Assembly: GCF_963921235.1 (NCBI RefSeq)
Contig: NC_086097.1
Span: 209,190,001-209,254,000 of the forward strand
Source of the DNA: Mobula hypostoma
Taxonomy: Eukaryota
DNA: 64,000 bases
Direction: 5' to 3'
Part shown: positions 12,390-25,238 of the stretch, piece after piece
Layout of the letters: the number at the start of each line of letters is the position of its first letter
How positions within the stretch are numbered: position 1 is the first letter of the stretch
Position numbers and translations under genes: made by a program
Notes under the pieces: generated by a model
Told to the model about the DNA's origin: nothing
What the model saw: the letters and a program-made list of their open reading frames with translations, nothing else
Databases searched by the model: none

Positions 12390-13810
12390 TATCCTTACAT
12401 TTTCCTCACATTCAAATGTCTATCTATCACAAGTCTCATTCCAGGCATCCATCACTCTGTATAAAAAATCTGCCCTTCACATCTCCTTTGAATTGCCCCC
12501 TCTCACCTTAAATACATGCCCTCTGGTTTTAGACATTTCAACCCTGGGGGAAAGATACTATGCCTCGCATAACCTCTATTAAATCTCCCCTCAGCCTTCA
12601 CCACTCCAGCGAAAACAATCCAACTTTGTTCAATCTCTCATTATAGCACATGCTCTCTAATCCAGACAGCATCCTGATAAACTTCTGCACCTTCTCCAAA
12701 ATCCCAATATCCTTCCTATAATGGGGTGACCAGAACTGTATGCAATACTCCAGATGTGGCCTAACTAGAGATATACAAAGCTGCAATATAACTTCCTGAT
12801 TTTGAACTCAATGCCATGACTAATAAATACAAACAAGCCATTGCCTTCTTAACCATCCCATCAATCTGTATAGCCACTTTCAAGGAGCTATGAACTTGGA
12901 TCCCAAGATCCCTCTGCTCTTCAGCACTTTGAAGGGTCTTGCCCTTAACAGAGTACTGTCTCTTTAAATTTGACCTACCAAGGTGCAACATTTCACATTT
13001 AGCCAGTTATACTCCATTTGCCATTCCTCTGCCTATGTCCTCAATTGATCTATATCTCTCCTTATTCTTTGCCAGTCATCTGAGCTATCCACAACACCAC
13101 CAATCTTCATATAATCTGCAAACTTACTAACTCACCCATCCACATGTTCACCCAAGTTATTTATATACATTACAAACAGCAAAGTTCCCGGTACAGATCC
13201 CTGTGGGACACCACTAACCACAACCTCCAGTTAGAACAAGTTCCTTCAACCACTACCCTCTATCTTCTATGGCCAAACCATTTCTGAATCTAATCAGCCA
13301 ATTCACCATGGATCTCATGCATCTTATTTTCTGGATGAGGTTCCCATGGACAAACCTTGAAAAACACCTTGCTGAAATCTATGTGGACAACATCCACAGC
13401 TCTACCTTCATCAGTCACTCTTGTCACCTTGACAAAAATCTTAATCAAGTTAGTAAGACATTTTCCCTGCTGGCTTGCCCTAATTAGACCATGGTTTTCC
13501 AGATGCTCCTAAACGCTATCCCTAAGAATTCTTTCCAGTAACTTTCCTACCACTGATGTAAGACTCACTAGTCTATAGTTTTCAGGATTATCTCTTATTC
13601 CCTTCTTGGATAATGAAACATGTGCTACTCACCAATCTTCTGGGACCTTGCCCTTGGTGAGAGAGAACCAAAGGTATTGATCAAGGTCCCAACAATCTCT
13701 TCACTTGCCTCTCTCAATAGCCTGGGGAATGTAACATCAGATCCTGGGGACTTATCCACCTTAATGCTCTCAGCACTACCTCCTCCTTTACCTCAAAATG
13801 CCTTGCCATA
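12390..13810 (-). mobile_element. Degenerate CR1 LINE RT region
   Basis: ORFs 12598..12786 (LVRPHLEYCIQFWSPHYRKD) and 12761..12991. Confidence 0.8.
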
Positions 13811-14550
13811 TTAATATGCTCAGCCCCGATCTTCCAGCTTCTGTTCCATATTATAAGACTCTAGTATGAAAAGATGGACTCACAATCTACCTGGCCATAA
13901 TATTGCACTTTATTGTTTACCTGTACTGCACTTTCTCTGTAGCTGTCACAGTTTATTCTGGATTGTTTGTTCTACCTCAATGCACTGGGTAATGAGTTGA
14001 TCTTTCTGAATAATATGCAAACCAAGCTTTTCACAGTATTTCGGTACATGTGATAATAATAAACTAACACCAGCACGAATAGTGATCAAGGCAGCTGACT
14101 TTACAGAGGAGAATTCCAGACATTCACCACCCTCTCCAAGAATAATTTCTTACTCACCTGATTGTCAATCACTGTTCACTTATGACTATATCATCCCATT
14201 AGTGAATTAATCATAGCACCTACTTTGTGATGCCCTCTTAAGATCTTAGATGTTTCAATAAGATTGCTCCCCATTTACATGAACTAGAATACAATTCTAA
14301 CTTATTTAACTACTACAAACAGGACAGCTCTATCATGCTAGCAACAAGTTTAGAGAATCTCTTTCAGTTACTTACAATGCTAGTATATCCTTTCTTAAAT
14401 AAGGAAATCAAAACTGTACACAGTACACCATGTATGGCCGCAACAACTCCATGTCCTTATGTTCAAACTTTGAAGTCCTAGCAGTAACAGCCAACATTTC
14501 CTTTGCATTCATAATTACTTGTTGCATCTAAATGCTAGCCTTTCATGTGC

Positions 14551-15506
14551 ATAAGACCATAAGATATAGGAGCAGAATTAGGTCATTTGGCCCATCGAGT
14601 CTGCTCCGCCATTTCATCATAGCTGATCTAATTATCCTCTCTTGCCTCCTGCCTTCTCCCCATATCCCTACATGCCATGACCAGTCAAGAATCTATCAAT
14701 CTCTGCCTTAACTATACATAAAGAATTGGCTTTCATAGCTGCCTATGGCAAAGAATTCCCACTCTGTCTAAAGAAATTCCTCCCCATCTCTGTATTAAAA
14801 AGACACCCTTCTATCCTGAGCCTGTGTCTTCTGGTCTTAGACTCTCCCATCGTAGGAAACATCCTCTCCACATCCACTCTATCAAGGCCATTCAATAGGT
14901 TTCAATGAGGTCGTCCTTTGTCCTTCTGAATTCCAGTGAATACAGGCCATCAAACACTCTTCATATGACAAGCCATTCTTTCCTGGAATCATTTTCGTGA
15001 ACCTTCTGTGAACTCTCTCCAGTTTCAGCATATCTTTTCTAAGATAAGTGGCCTAAACCTGCTCACAATACTCCAAGTGAGGCCTCACCAGTGCTTTATA
15101 AAGTTTCAACATTACATCCTTGCTTTTGTATTCTAGTCCTCTTGAAATGAACGCTAACATTGCATTTGCCTTCCTCACCACAGACTCAGCCTACAAATTA
15201 ACCTTTAGGGAATCCTGCACAAGGACTCCCAAGTCCCTTTGTACCTCAGTTTGTTGTACTTTATCTCAATTTAGAAGATAGTCAACCCTTTCATTTCTTC
15301 TACTAAATGGCATGACCTACACTTCCTGACACTGTATTCTATCTGCCATTTCTTTGACCACTCTCCGAATCTGTCTAAGTCCTTCTGTAGCCTCTCTACT
15401 TTCTCAAAGCTACCTGCCTCTTCACCTATCCTCATATCATCTGCAAACTTTGCAACAAAGCCATCAATTCCATCATCCAAATCATTGACATATAATGTAA
15501 AAAGAT
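14551..15506 (-). mobile_element. 5'-truncated CR1 LINE
   Basis: ORF 15271..15519: YVNDLDDGIDGFVAKFADD...LQKDLDR. 3' tail ataagaccataagatataggagcagaa on the + strand. Confidence 0.85.
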
Positions 15507-16244
15507 GTGGAATGTGCAATGTGCAAGAGCACCTCAGTCCCTCTGTGCTCTACTCATTTACCCTTCCCCTCTGGTGAATAATCTGCACTTTCATTCCTCC
15601 TGAAGTGTATGATGTCATAGTTTGCTATTTTAAACTTCATTCGCTAAGTTTTCACCCATTCACTGAACCTTTCCAGTCTAGAAAAAATTGTTTATTTTTA
15701 TTCTCTACTTCAGTATAATACCCAGCCTTCAGTTTGTGTTTGATCAACATGGCGAACACTTATCTTATGCAGTACCTTTTTCTGGGAGATCTTACCAAAT
15801 GCCTTCTGGAAATACAAATACCGTATGTTACATCTATTGGTTTACCTCTAATTGACTTGTTATAATCCCAAAGATCTCTATCAAATGTATCAGATATGAT
15901 TTTCCCTAACACTATGTGCTGATTAAGCATTTTTGAGTGAGTAGCTATCATTTTAATTATACACTCCAGCAGCTTTTCAAATACACCTGTGAGTTAGATG
16001 CCTATTTCCCTGCCATCTTGAACCACAGCATCATAATCTCAGTTCTTCAACCAGGGCATTACAATCTCAATTCTCCAATCTGCTGATACCCTCCTGGAAC
16101 TTAAATGAGTTTTACAAAGTTAACCAGTAAGTGCTCTACTCTTTCTAGAGCCACTTTCTTCAGAACTCATGTAAACACACCGCCAAGTCTGAATGATTTG
16201 TCTACTTTAAGTTCCCTTAGTTTATCCAATACTTTGCATCAAAT

Positions 16245-19200
16245 TCAGGTCAGGTCAGGGCCTTGCCTTGCTACTGGTACCACGTAGCCCAGTACTACCT
16301 GTCTCGGTTCGGGTTGTCGGTGACTCAACCAGCACACCCCCTGGTGCACTTCGGTTAACCAGGGAGGAGGGTGTGTAGGCACCCAGCAGGACTGAAAACA
16401 AAACCTGACAAAGGGCGGATGAACTCTTTGTGAGTCAATAGCCACCTACTGTCTGTGTGAGGAGTGGCGCGCCACACAGTCTTTCGTTTCGCGCCTTGTA
16501 AGGCATTATGATGACAGACAACCCAACAAACCCTATACTTCCAGAGCCGGGAGTGCTCAGGAACTCTGCGGAATGCCCAGACCCTGGCCGAGACAGGCAG
16601 TATGAAGATGCAACCTCAAACCTCACAGGGAGGGTTGAGTCTGACAAGGGGAACGAGTGAACTGTGCCTCTTTTGCGTGGTAAGGTAAAAATGATCATCT
16701 CAACCTTCAACGCAAACACCATCCGCCTCTTGCCTCGATGCACAGAGTTGGCATCACAGGCAAGCAGCTACGAGATCTCCAACCTGGGGATCCAAGAACA
16801 CCGTCATGTACACCCTGACGAAGAGATTAGGTTCACAGAGGCAGAGGGGATGCACCTCATCACTTCGTCCGCATGGAGAAAGCCGACGACGATGTCAGCA
16901 CAAGGTGGAGTAGGGCTGATGTTGAACAGCAAGGCGAAGAAGGCACTGAGGGGTGTAGTCTCAGTCAGTGACAGAATCCTTACTGTGGAATTTGACGGAA
17001 ACCCGGCGACCTCTGCCATTATCTGTTATTCCCCGCACAATTGCAGCGAGAAGGAGGTGGAGGCCTCTACAGTAAACTTCACGAAGTTGTCTCTTCAATA
17101 CCGGCACATAACTTCCTGGCTATGCTCGGCGATTTTAATGCCCAGGTCAGACTGGAAGATGTTCCATACTCATACCAAGACTTTACTAACAGAAATGGAC
17201 AATATCTAGTTCATTTCATCCAGGAACATAGTCTCACTGCCGCCAACACACAATTCAAGAAGCGAGCTGGTAAACTGTGGACATATAAAAACAGAGCCTC
17301 CATCTACAGGAAGCAGCTCGATTACATCCTCGTAAGAACAAAATGGCGTAATTATGTGATCAACACAGAAGCCTACAGCACCTTCAACTCGGTCAGTTCT
17401 GACCACAGAGTAGTGTCAATGCAAGTGAAACTGAGCCTGCGGCAACCCAAAGCCACAGGTCCCGAGGAGAAGATAGACTGGAAGGCATTCTCCTCACAAC
17501 CTATTCCAAGCCCAGTACACAGTGGAGGTGAGAAATCGCTTTGGCCCACTGGAAAGGGGGGAGGAAGAGACTGCCACCGACTGCTATCAACGGCTCATAG
17601 ATGCACACACAGATGCAACAAAGAGTTTGCCTACTGTGAAGCGAATCAAGAAGAGTCGGATCTCGAAACATCCTGACATCGTCGCAGCAAGAAGTGTGGT
17701 CGATGCTTGTCACGCTGAACTTAGAAGGAACGAAACAGAAGAGCTAAGAGACGAGTACAAGACAGCAAAGAAGAATCTCTTTGCCACCTATGATCGACTG
17801 AAGGAAGAGGAACTAACTGAGAGGATTAGAGAGATAGAAGCTGCTAATGAAGACATGCTGCATGGAGAAGCATGGCAACTAGTCAATGAGATCAGTAGAT
17901 GGAAGAAGTCCCCATCAGGTCAGATAAGTGGTAAAACAGCAGAGGACCGTGTCCTGACATGGTTTACCCACTTTAAGAACCTGCTGGGAAGCCCTCCAAC
18001 GATCACAGAAGAAGAAGAGGACATTACCCACGATACTAACGCAAGTCGACATCGATGACAGCCTATTCACCATTGAGGAACTGAAGAAGGCCAAATATGC
18101 ACTCAAACAGGGCAGGAGCGCTGGACCAGATGGGATACCACCAGATGTCCTGAAGAGCTGCGACCTGGACGACATCTTGCTGGACATATGTAATACGGCA
18201 CTGATGAAAGGCGACAAACCAGAACAGTGGTCACTCTCAAACATTATCCCAGTCCCCAAGACTGGATCCCTCACAAAGACAGTTAACTACTGCAGTATCA
18301 GCTTGACCTGCATCTTAACAAAGTTATACAATTGGATGATCTTGAACAGGATTCGCACCGACATTGACCCTAAGCTAAGATTCAATCAGAATGATGTTCG
18401 GCAGAAGCGCACAACAGTAATGCAAATACTTGCTCTCCGTAGGATCATCGAGGAAGTCAAGAAGAACAACCTACCAGCTGTGCTTACTTACATCGATTTT
18501 CGCAAAGCTTTTGACTCCATTCACCAAGGTAAAATGCTGAAGATCCTGAAAGCTTACGGAGTGCCAGACCACCTACTGAGAGCAATAGAGTCCAGCTATA
18601 CGAAAACCATGGCGAAAGTTGTATCACCAGACAGAGAAATTGCAGTGTTCGAGCTCCTAGCTGGTGTGCTGCAAGGAGACACTCTGGCACACTACATCTT
18701 TATAATCGTCCTTGATTACACTCTACGTCAAGCTACCAAAGATCATGACAAGCTTGGTTACCATAAAACCAGGACGAACCAAAACGGTCAGACCAGTTAC
18801 ACTCACAGATCTCGATTTTGCAGATGACATAGTCCTGCTCTCTGACCAGGTGGAGGAAGCACAGCAGCTACTGACAAAAGTGGAAATTGAATGCAATAAA
18901 GTTGGACTTCACCTAAATGATAAAAAGACAGAGTACGTGGCGTTTAATTGTGACGAAGGTAATCTCAAGACCGTAGTGAATGATACCATTAAGAAAGTCT
19001 TTGACTACAAGTACCGCGGGTCAAGAATGATGAGTTCGGAGAAGGACATAAAGATACGGAAGGCGCTGGCGTGGGGGGCTACAAAGGACATGAAGGAAAT
19101 CTGGAAGTCCAACTTGACCAGAGGGCTTAAAGAAAGGATTTTCATAGCAGTTATAGAGTCCATTCTCACGTACGGATGCGAGACATGGACACTCACCAAG

Positions 19201-19590
19201 ACGATGTGGAAGTCTCTAGATGGTTGCTATACACGAATGCTCCGGATGGCTCTTGACGTGAGTTGGCAACAGCACATGACGAAGATCGAGCTCTATAACA
19301 ACCTACCGATGCTCACCACTAAAATCGAGGTGAGAAGACTGCAACTAGCGGGGCACTGTCTATGCCACCCCGAGCTACCTGCCAGCCTAGTCATTATATG
19401 GGAGCCCAAGCATGGGAGGATGAACCCTGGGCGCCCTCCCAAGACTATGGTCAACACGCTCCTAGAAGACAGCGGTGCGGCTAATGGAGGTGAACTGAAC
19501 ACACTGATGAGGGAGAGGGAGAAGTGGGGAGTTCATCATCATGCCCGATGCCGGGCCCCTAGGCCTAAGTCGACGTAGTAGTAGTAGTAG
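16245..19590 (+). mobile_element. Full-length RTE-clade (RTE-X-like) LINE, single EN-RT ORF broken by about 4 frameshifts
   Basis: EN motifs TFNANT, GIQEHR, LGDFNA, LDYILV, SDHRVV; RT motifs IDFRKAFDSI, GVLQGDTLA, DLDFADDI; C-terminal RLQLAGHC. (TAG)n tail; 11-bp TSD TTGCA(T/C)CAAAT at 16234-16244 and 19591-19601. Confidence 0.92.
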
Positions 19591-21504
19591 TTGCACCAAA
19601 TGCCTGATTCCTATTTGAAACTTGGCCATCTATTACCTTTGGGATGTGAGCAGTGTCTGTCACCATGGAGACTGATGCAAAATACTGCTTTACATTATCT
19701 GCCATTCCCTTTATTCCACAAGAGTTCTCCAAGTGCCCTACCATTACCTTGGTTACCATGTTTATTTTTATATACTGTATCCTTAGAAATGATTGCCTTT
19801 TTCGTTGATATTGCATGCTAATTTACACTCATAATTAACTTTCTCCGTTCATATTAACTAATTCTTCCGTGTTATTTCCTGAAAAAAAAATCCAAGTTCT
19901 CTTGTTTATTGCTAGGTTTTGCAACTTAATTTTATTTACTTTTTTTCTTTGACTTTGTTTGTAACTATTGATGACTTATCTTTCTGACTGAGCTCATCTT
20001 TCTGATTGGTATAATTTTTTGCTGAGTATTATGAAGTAGCTGCTCAAATATCTTCCAGTATTCATTTACTGAACTTTGTTATAGGGTATTTTCTAGTAGG
20101 TTCCTGACCACCATCTATTTGAAGTGCAGTGCCAAAGACCATCCTTTACAGATCCATACTTGGCACCGGCAGAATTGTCTGAATACCCTCATTAGCTGGT
20201 CCACACATTAAGTGATTTGAGAATGTCCTTGGTTTGGCCACATTTTGACAATTAATTCGTCTGGTTTCTGGATACACTTGACCAACTTGTAGCTCTTAAA
20301 AGTGTCAAGATAGCATCAGATTATAAAGTCCTTTCAAGGTCTTTCCTATGCCCACAATAGATATCTAATTTGTAGTTTTTGATGTCAAGAGAACCAACAA
20401 CATCTCATATATCTCGAGTCTTACCACCGGCAATGGTATCACCTTCTTGTCGTATACCACCATGATTCTTAGTTATGTGTCATTTCTGCGATCTCAGTGA
20501 TATTCTCTGTTTTCAGCAATATTTCTACCTTAGGCTACCGATAACCATTGAGCTCCCCAATATATCTGATATATTCATTGTCTGCATTTATTACTGGTAG
20601 TTAAGAAAATCCCATTCTCTATTTCCTTTGCAGTATTTCACTGCCCTGCTAGTCCCTCAAACAAGATTGTCCCAATATCCTACTCTAATGTTGCTTGATT
20701 CCTTTGTGTTATAGTTTGTAGAAATAAATAAGTAGCACCTATAAAAAGAGCATCATTTTATTGGAAAGAATAACCTGAAACCAAGCAATAATAATTGCTC
20801 CATCAATGTGCCAAAGTCGTATCACGTGATACATTTGGTTCTGAAAGGTATCCTTCCACCTACAGAAGTGCAGTCACCTCCTGGTCTAGGAGTCTCAGCT
20901 TTTCCTAATAGTTAACTTATCTTAGTTTTTACACCATCTCAATATAACATTATAGCATGTTGTTAAAGAATGATTATATATTGGGATTTAATTTCCTGTC
21001 ATTTGCTCTTAATTGGGTACATGTATTAGAAGGAGAAGTACTGTCTTTTAAGTTCAAAATTACATTGAAGCAATTTAATTACATTTGAAGTGAATTGGGA
21101 AAGATTATCTCCAACCGGTCATTATTAACCAGTATATCTTTTAGTAGAGCTAACTTAATTTTCTTTTGCCTTTGCGTGTATGTGTGTTGAACAGCATTGA
21201 TTTATATACTGCTACAGTTCTTGTTCATTTGTAATTTCAAGAGAAGTAGATTAATGTAATTAGAACGAAATCAGAATCAGCATGTATTGTGAAATTTGTT
21301 AATGTTGTGGCAGTAGCACAATGCAATACATGTTAAATAGTGGAAAGTAAAATATGAAATGGTAAATCAAATTTTGTCATTTATCATTTTTTCCAGAATT
21401 TTTCATATTAACGTCTGTTCTGTACATTTTCCACCAAAGTGAAAACAACTGATTAATCAGCAGCTGTATTTATAATCAGTCTTACAGCTTCCTTTATTTC
21501 ACAG

Positions 21505-21583
21505 GAAATGGCTGGTTTCTGGAGAAGATTACAGTAAAAGACTCAGTTAAAGGCAGCAAAGGATTTCTTTTTCCATGCCACAG
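21505..21583 (+). CDS. RP1: Host gene exon 4: PLAT (GNGWFLEKITVKDSVKGSKGFLFPCHR)
   Basis: Acceptor tttcacag|GA and donor CAG|gtttg; 79 nt, phase 1 to 2. PLAT motifs GWFLEKI.V and FPC.R. Confidence 0.92.
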
Positions 21584-22149
21584 GTTTGAATTACTTCTTA
21601 TATGAATGCATATTTTTATCTTTGTCATAAATATTTTGATACTGCAGAGCTACATAAAATGTCTAATTATGTAATAAATAATATTTAAAGTCTGCTTATG
21701 TTAATCACCAAATATCTGTTCTTACATAATGTAAGTAAAAGAAATACATAGGTCCCACTTCAGTTTTAGGAACTGGACAAAGCAATGTCTCAATAGGATG
21801 CTATTTTACATTTGGAATCTTGGTTTGCAACAAGGGCTCTTGTATAATCTAATCTCTGCCAAGAAATTTGTGGAAAGAGAGTGATGTTTCCTCTTTAATA
21901 TTCTTTTTGCCATGTAACCTTTCTGTCTACTAGCCTTTGATTGCATGAGGTAAGAAGAGCTTACAGTATGTAGTCTTGCAGACAATGTAGGACAAACATT
22001 ATGATTCCTGGATGACACCAAAGAAGTCTGACACCATTTACATCATTACCCACCATCTCTTCCTCACCAATATCAATTCACCAAATGTCTATTAAGGTTC
22101 TCAGTCATCCAGGTTATTGTAAATCAAGGCAACTGGACTTGTGTTGTCC

Positions 22150-22191
22150 AGAAGACGTTTCAACACCCATCCAAGAATCTTCTTCAGTTCT
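22150..22191 (-). ncRNA. Decayed minimal hammerhead of a second PLE family
   Basis: Reverse complement agaaCTGAAGAagattcttggatgggtgttGAAAcgtcttct. Stem I AGAA/UUCU and core intact, stem II poorly paired. Confidence 0.55.
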
Positions 22192-22373
22192 CATCCATGG
22201 TGGGTAATTTTCTGGTTTATAAACTCTGTGAGTTGTTTAAAGGTTTAGCAATCACATGACAATCATTAAGAGTTGTAGAGGTAATGAGAGGGTCATTAGT
22301 CTTATCTTTGCATGAATGGAGGTGTGAACTGTTGTGGAGACGCCAGGGTAGAGATGTTCGGACTGCATTGTAA

Positions 22374-23790
22374 GGCTACGTCTGCACTAGACTGGATAAT
22401 TTTGAAAACACCGGTTTCGAAAATATCGAAAATATCGTTTTTCAAAATATCTCTGTCCACACTAAAACAGATATTTGGGCGAATCTACTCCTACTGTGCA
22501 TGCACAGACACATCTAATGAAAACAAGCCAAGAGGAAACTTAATAATATTTACATTTCTGTGGCGGCGTTGTGCTATTTCCATTGGTCAAACACTAGAGT
22601 ACCTACAACAACAGCGAAAGGAAGTTTTCAACAATGTCTTCGAGGAACACAAAGAAAACTTGGAAAATCAGAGCGGACTTCTTTGTTTAGACAGACAATG
22701 AAGTCGAGCTGTTTCTGCGAGTTACAAACGACTACAAAGTCAGCAAAGCAGTGGGGATGTTTAATTCCAAACAAGCTTTTAACGTAGACAAAAAAGTAAA
22801 CAACACACGCATGAAGCCGTCCTCTGCACAAGATCAACAATTACAAAATGTTAAATGGTCAACTCAACATAGATTTACCAATCCCACATCAAACCCAAAC
22901 CTATTAGGAGTAGAAGAGGGCACTCAACTCAATTTGAAATACTAACTACCAAGTCAGATGTGTACAGCAATTCATTTTTCCCCCACACAATTAAAGCATG
23001 GAATAATCTTAACCCTAACACAGTCACACAACCAAACCCAATTAAATTTAAGGCAGCTTTTCTTCTTCAAAACTCTCCTTCTTAAGCCCACCCTCTGCCA
23101 CCTCGGGTTTGACTTCCATGCGGAATATTTTGGAGGATCAAGAACCAAGAACCAAGAACCAAGAGAGTGGAATCTTCTGCCGCCAGACCTGCGCAGTATT
23201 TCTGACATTAATATTTTTAAAGATAGATTCAATCAAATCAATTTAGGGGATCTAGTCAAAAAAAGCTCACTTTACAATTTAACTCTCACGCCGTTCACAC
23301 CGACTGCGCGTTATAACAGCAGTGGTCAGTCAGCGACAGTGCCGGCTCGGAGACCCCGGGGTACAGGAGGGTACGACCACCGCAGACTGGGAGACCGGAG
23401 GGTACGGGCAGAAGAACAGAGGATGCAAACAGAGAAACCGAGAGGACCAGCTTGAAAGCCACCTCCAGTTTAAATTCCATGTGGAATATTTTGGAGGATC
23501 AAGAACCAAGAACCAAGAACAGCCGTCCGGCAGTGCTTGCGCAGTCCCGAGCAGAAGCAGAAAAAGCATTGTTGTTGTGGTGTTGTCATGAGAATGTTTT
23601 TAAATCTCTCTGTTTACCCTATCTACACTACAATGCGAAACAATCGTTTTCAAATTTACACACTCTGGAGAGTGTTTTCGAAAATCTCCATTTTCGGGAG
23701 ATGAAAACGCCATTTCAGTGTGGACGGAAGGTCAAAACGAAGAGAAAAGGCTTCGCTTTCAAAATTATCTGGCGTAGTGTGGACGTAGCC
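22374..23790. mobile_element. PIF/Harbinger non-autonomous DNA transposon (MITE)
   Basis: Imperfect 34-bp TIRs GGCTACGTC(TG/CA)CACTA(GA/CG)C(TG/CA)GATAATTTTGAAA; TAA TSD at 22371-22373 and 23791-23793. Confidence 0.88.
22823..23520 (+). mobile_element. Composite retro-insertion of LINE 3' ends (CR1/L2 group) with (CCAAGAA)n tails
   Basis: SFFPHTIKAWNNL and EWNLLPPDLRS ORF2 ends; 3'UTR duplicated at 23097-23164 and 23458-23520; 8-bp TSD AGCCGTCC at 22815-22822 and 23521-23528. Confidence 0.75.
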
Positions 23791-23868
23791 TAAGTAGCAG
23801 ATAGGTGGTGTCATACCCCTCTGTTCAGGTGAATGCAGCAGGCCAGGCAGCATCTCTAGGAAGAGGTA

Positions 23869-23906
23869 CAGTCGACGTTTCAGGCCGAGACCCTTCGTCA
23901 GGACTA
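23869..23906 (-). ncRNA. Minimal type I hammerhead ribozyme in PLE pseudo-LTR, intact core
   Basis: Reverse complement reads tagtcCTGACGAagggtctcggcctGAAAcgtcgactg, identical to 5864-5901. Confidence 0.8.
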
Positions 23907-25200
23907 ACTGAAGGAAGAGTTAGTAAGAGATTTGAAAGTGGGAGGGGGAGGGGGAGATCCAAAATGATAGGAGAAGACAGGAGCGGGAGGGATGGAGCCA
24001 AGATCTGGACAGGTGATTGGCAAAGGGGATATGAGAGGATCATGCGACAGGAGGTCCAGGGAGAAAGACAGGTGGGGGGGAACCCAGAGGATGGGCAAGG
24101 GGTATAGTCAGAGGGACAGAGGGAAAAAAAGGAGAGAGAGAGAAAAAAAGAATGTATGTATATAAATAAATAACGGATGGGGTACGAGGGGGAGGTGGGG
24201 CATTAGCGGAAGTTAGAGAAGTCAATGTTCATGCCATCAGGTTGGAGGCTACCCAGACGGAATATAAGGTGTTGTTCCTCCAACCTGAGTGTGGCTTCAT
24301 CTTTACAGTAGAGGAGGCCGTGGATAGACATGTCAGAATGGGAATGGGTTGTGGAATTAAAATGTGTGGCCACTGGGAGATCCTGCTTTCTCTGGCGGAC
24401 AGAGCGTAGGTGTTCAGCAAAGCGGTCTCCCAGTCTGCGTCGGGTCTCGCCAATATATAGAAGGCCACATCGGGAGCACCGGACGCAGTATATCACCCCA
24501 GTCGACTCACAGGTGAAGTGTCGCCTCACCTGGAAGGACTGTCTGGGGCCCTAAATGGTGGTAAGGGAGGAAGTGTAAGGGCATGTGTAGCACTTGTTCC
24601 GCTTACAAGGATAAGTGCCAGGAGGGAGATCGGTGGGAAGGGATGGGGGTACGAATGGACAAGGGAGTCGCGTAGGGAGCGATCCCTGCGGAAAGCAGAG
24701 AGGTGGGGGAGGGAAAGATGTGCTTAGTGGTGGGATCCTGTTTGAGCTGGCGGAAGTTACGGAGAATAATATGTTGGACCCGGAGGCTGGTGGGGTGGCA
24801 GGTGAGGACCAGGGGAACCCTATTCTTAGTGGGGTGGCAGGAGGATGGAGTGAGAGCAGATGTGCGTGAAATGGGGGAGATGCGTTTGAGAGCAGAGTTG
24901 ATGGTGGAGGAAGGAAAGCCCCTTTCTTTAAAAAAGGAGGACATATCCCTCGTCCTGGAATGAAAAGCCTCATCCTGAGAGCAGATGCGGCGGAGACGGA
25001 GGAATTGCGATAAGCGGATGGCAATTTTGCAAGAGACAGGGTGAGAAGAGGATCTCCTGTCCTATGATCCTCTCATATCCCCTTTGCCAATCATCTGTCC
25101 AGCTCTTGGCTCCATCCCTCCCCTTCCTGTCTTCTCCTATCATTTTGGATCTCCCCTTCCCCCTCCTACTTTCAAATCTCTTACTAACTCTTCCTTCAGT

Positions 25201-25238
25201 TAGTTCTGACGAAGGGTCTCGGCCTGAAATGTCAACTG
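25201..25238 (+). ncRNA. Variant minimal hammerhead in inverted PLE pseudo-LTR
   Basis: tagttCTGACGAagggtctcggcctGAAAtgtcaactg. Core intact, stem I has U-A in place of C-G, stem III ACGU changed to AUGU. Confidence 0.62.

Larger units (their letters stand above)
14100..19900 (-). mobile_element. Old fragmented CR1 LINE, interrupted by a younger CR1 (14551-15506) and an RTE (16245-19590)
   Basis: Colinear decayed CR1 pieces at 14100-14545, 15510-16240 and 19600-19900 (e.g. QYFASVSMVTD, GKPIDV). Confidence 0.55.

Noticed and set aside
23097..23520. Direct repeats with (CCAAGAA)n as a CRISPR-like or telomere-like array
   Set aside because: Only two copies, each at a LINE 3' end; eukaryotic context with no spacers or cas genes.
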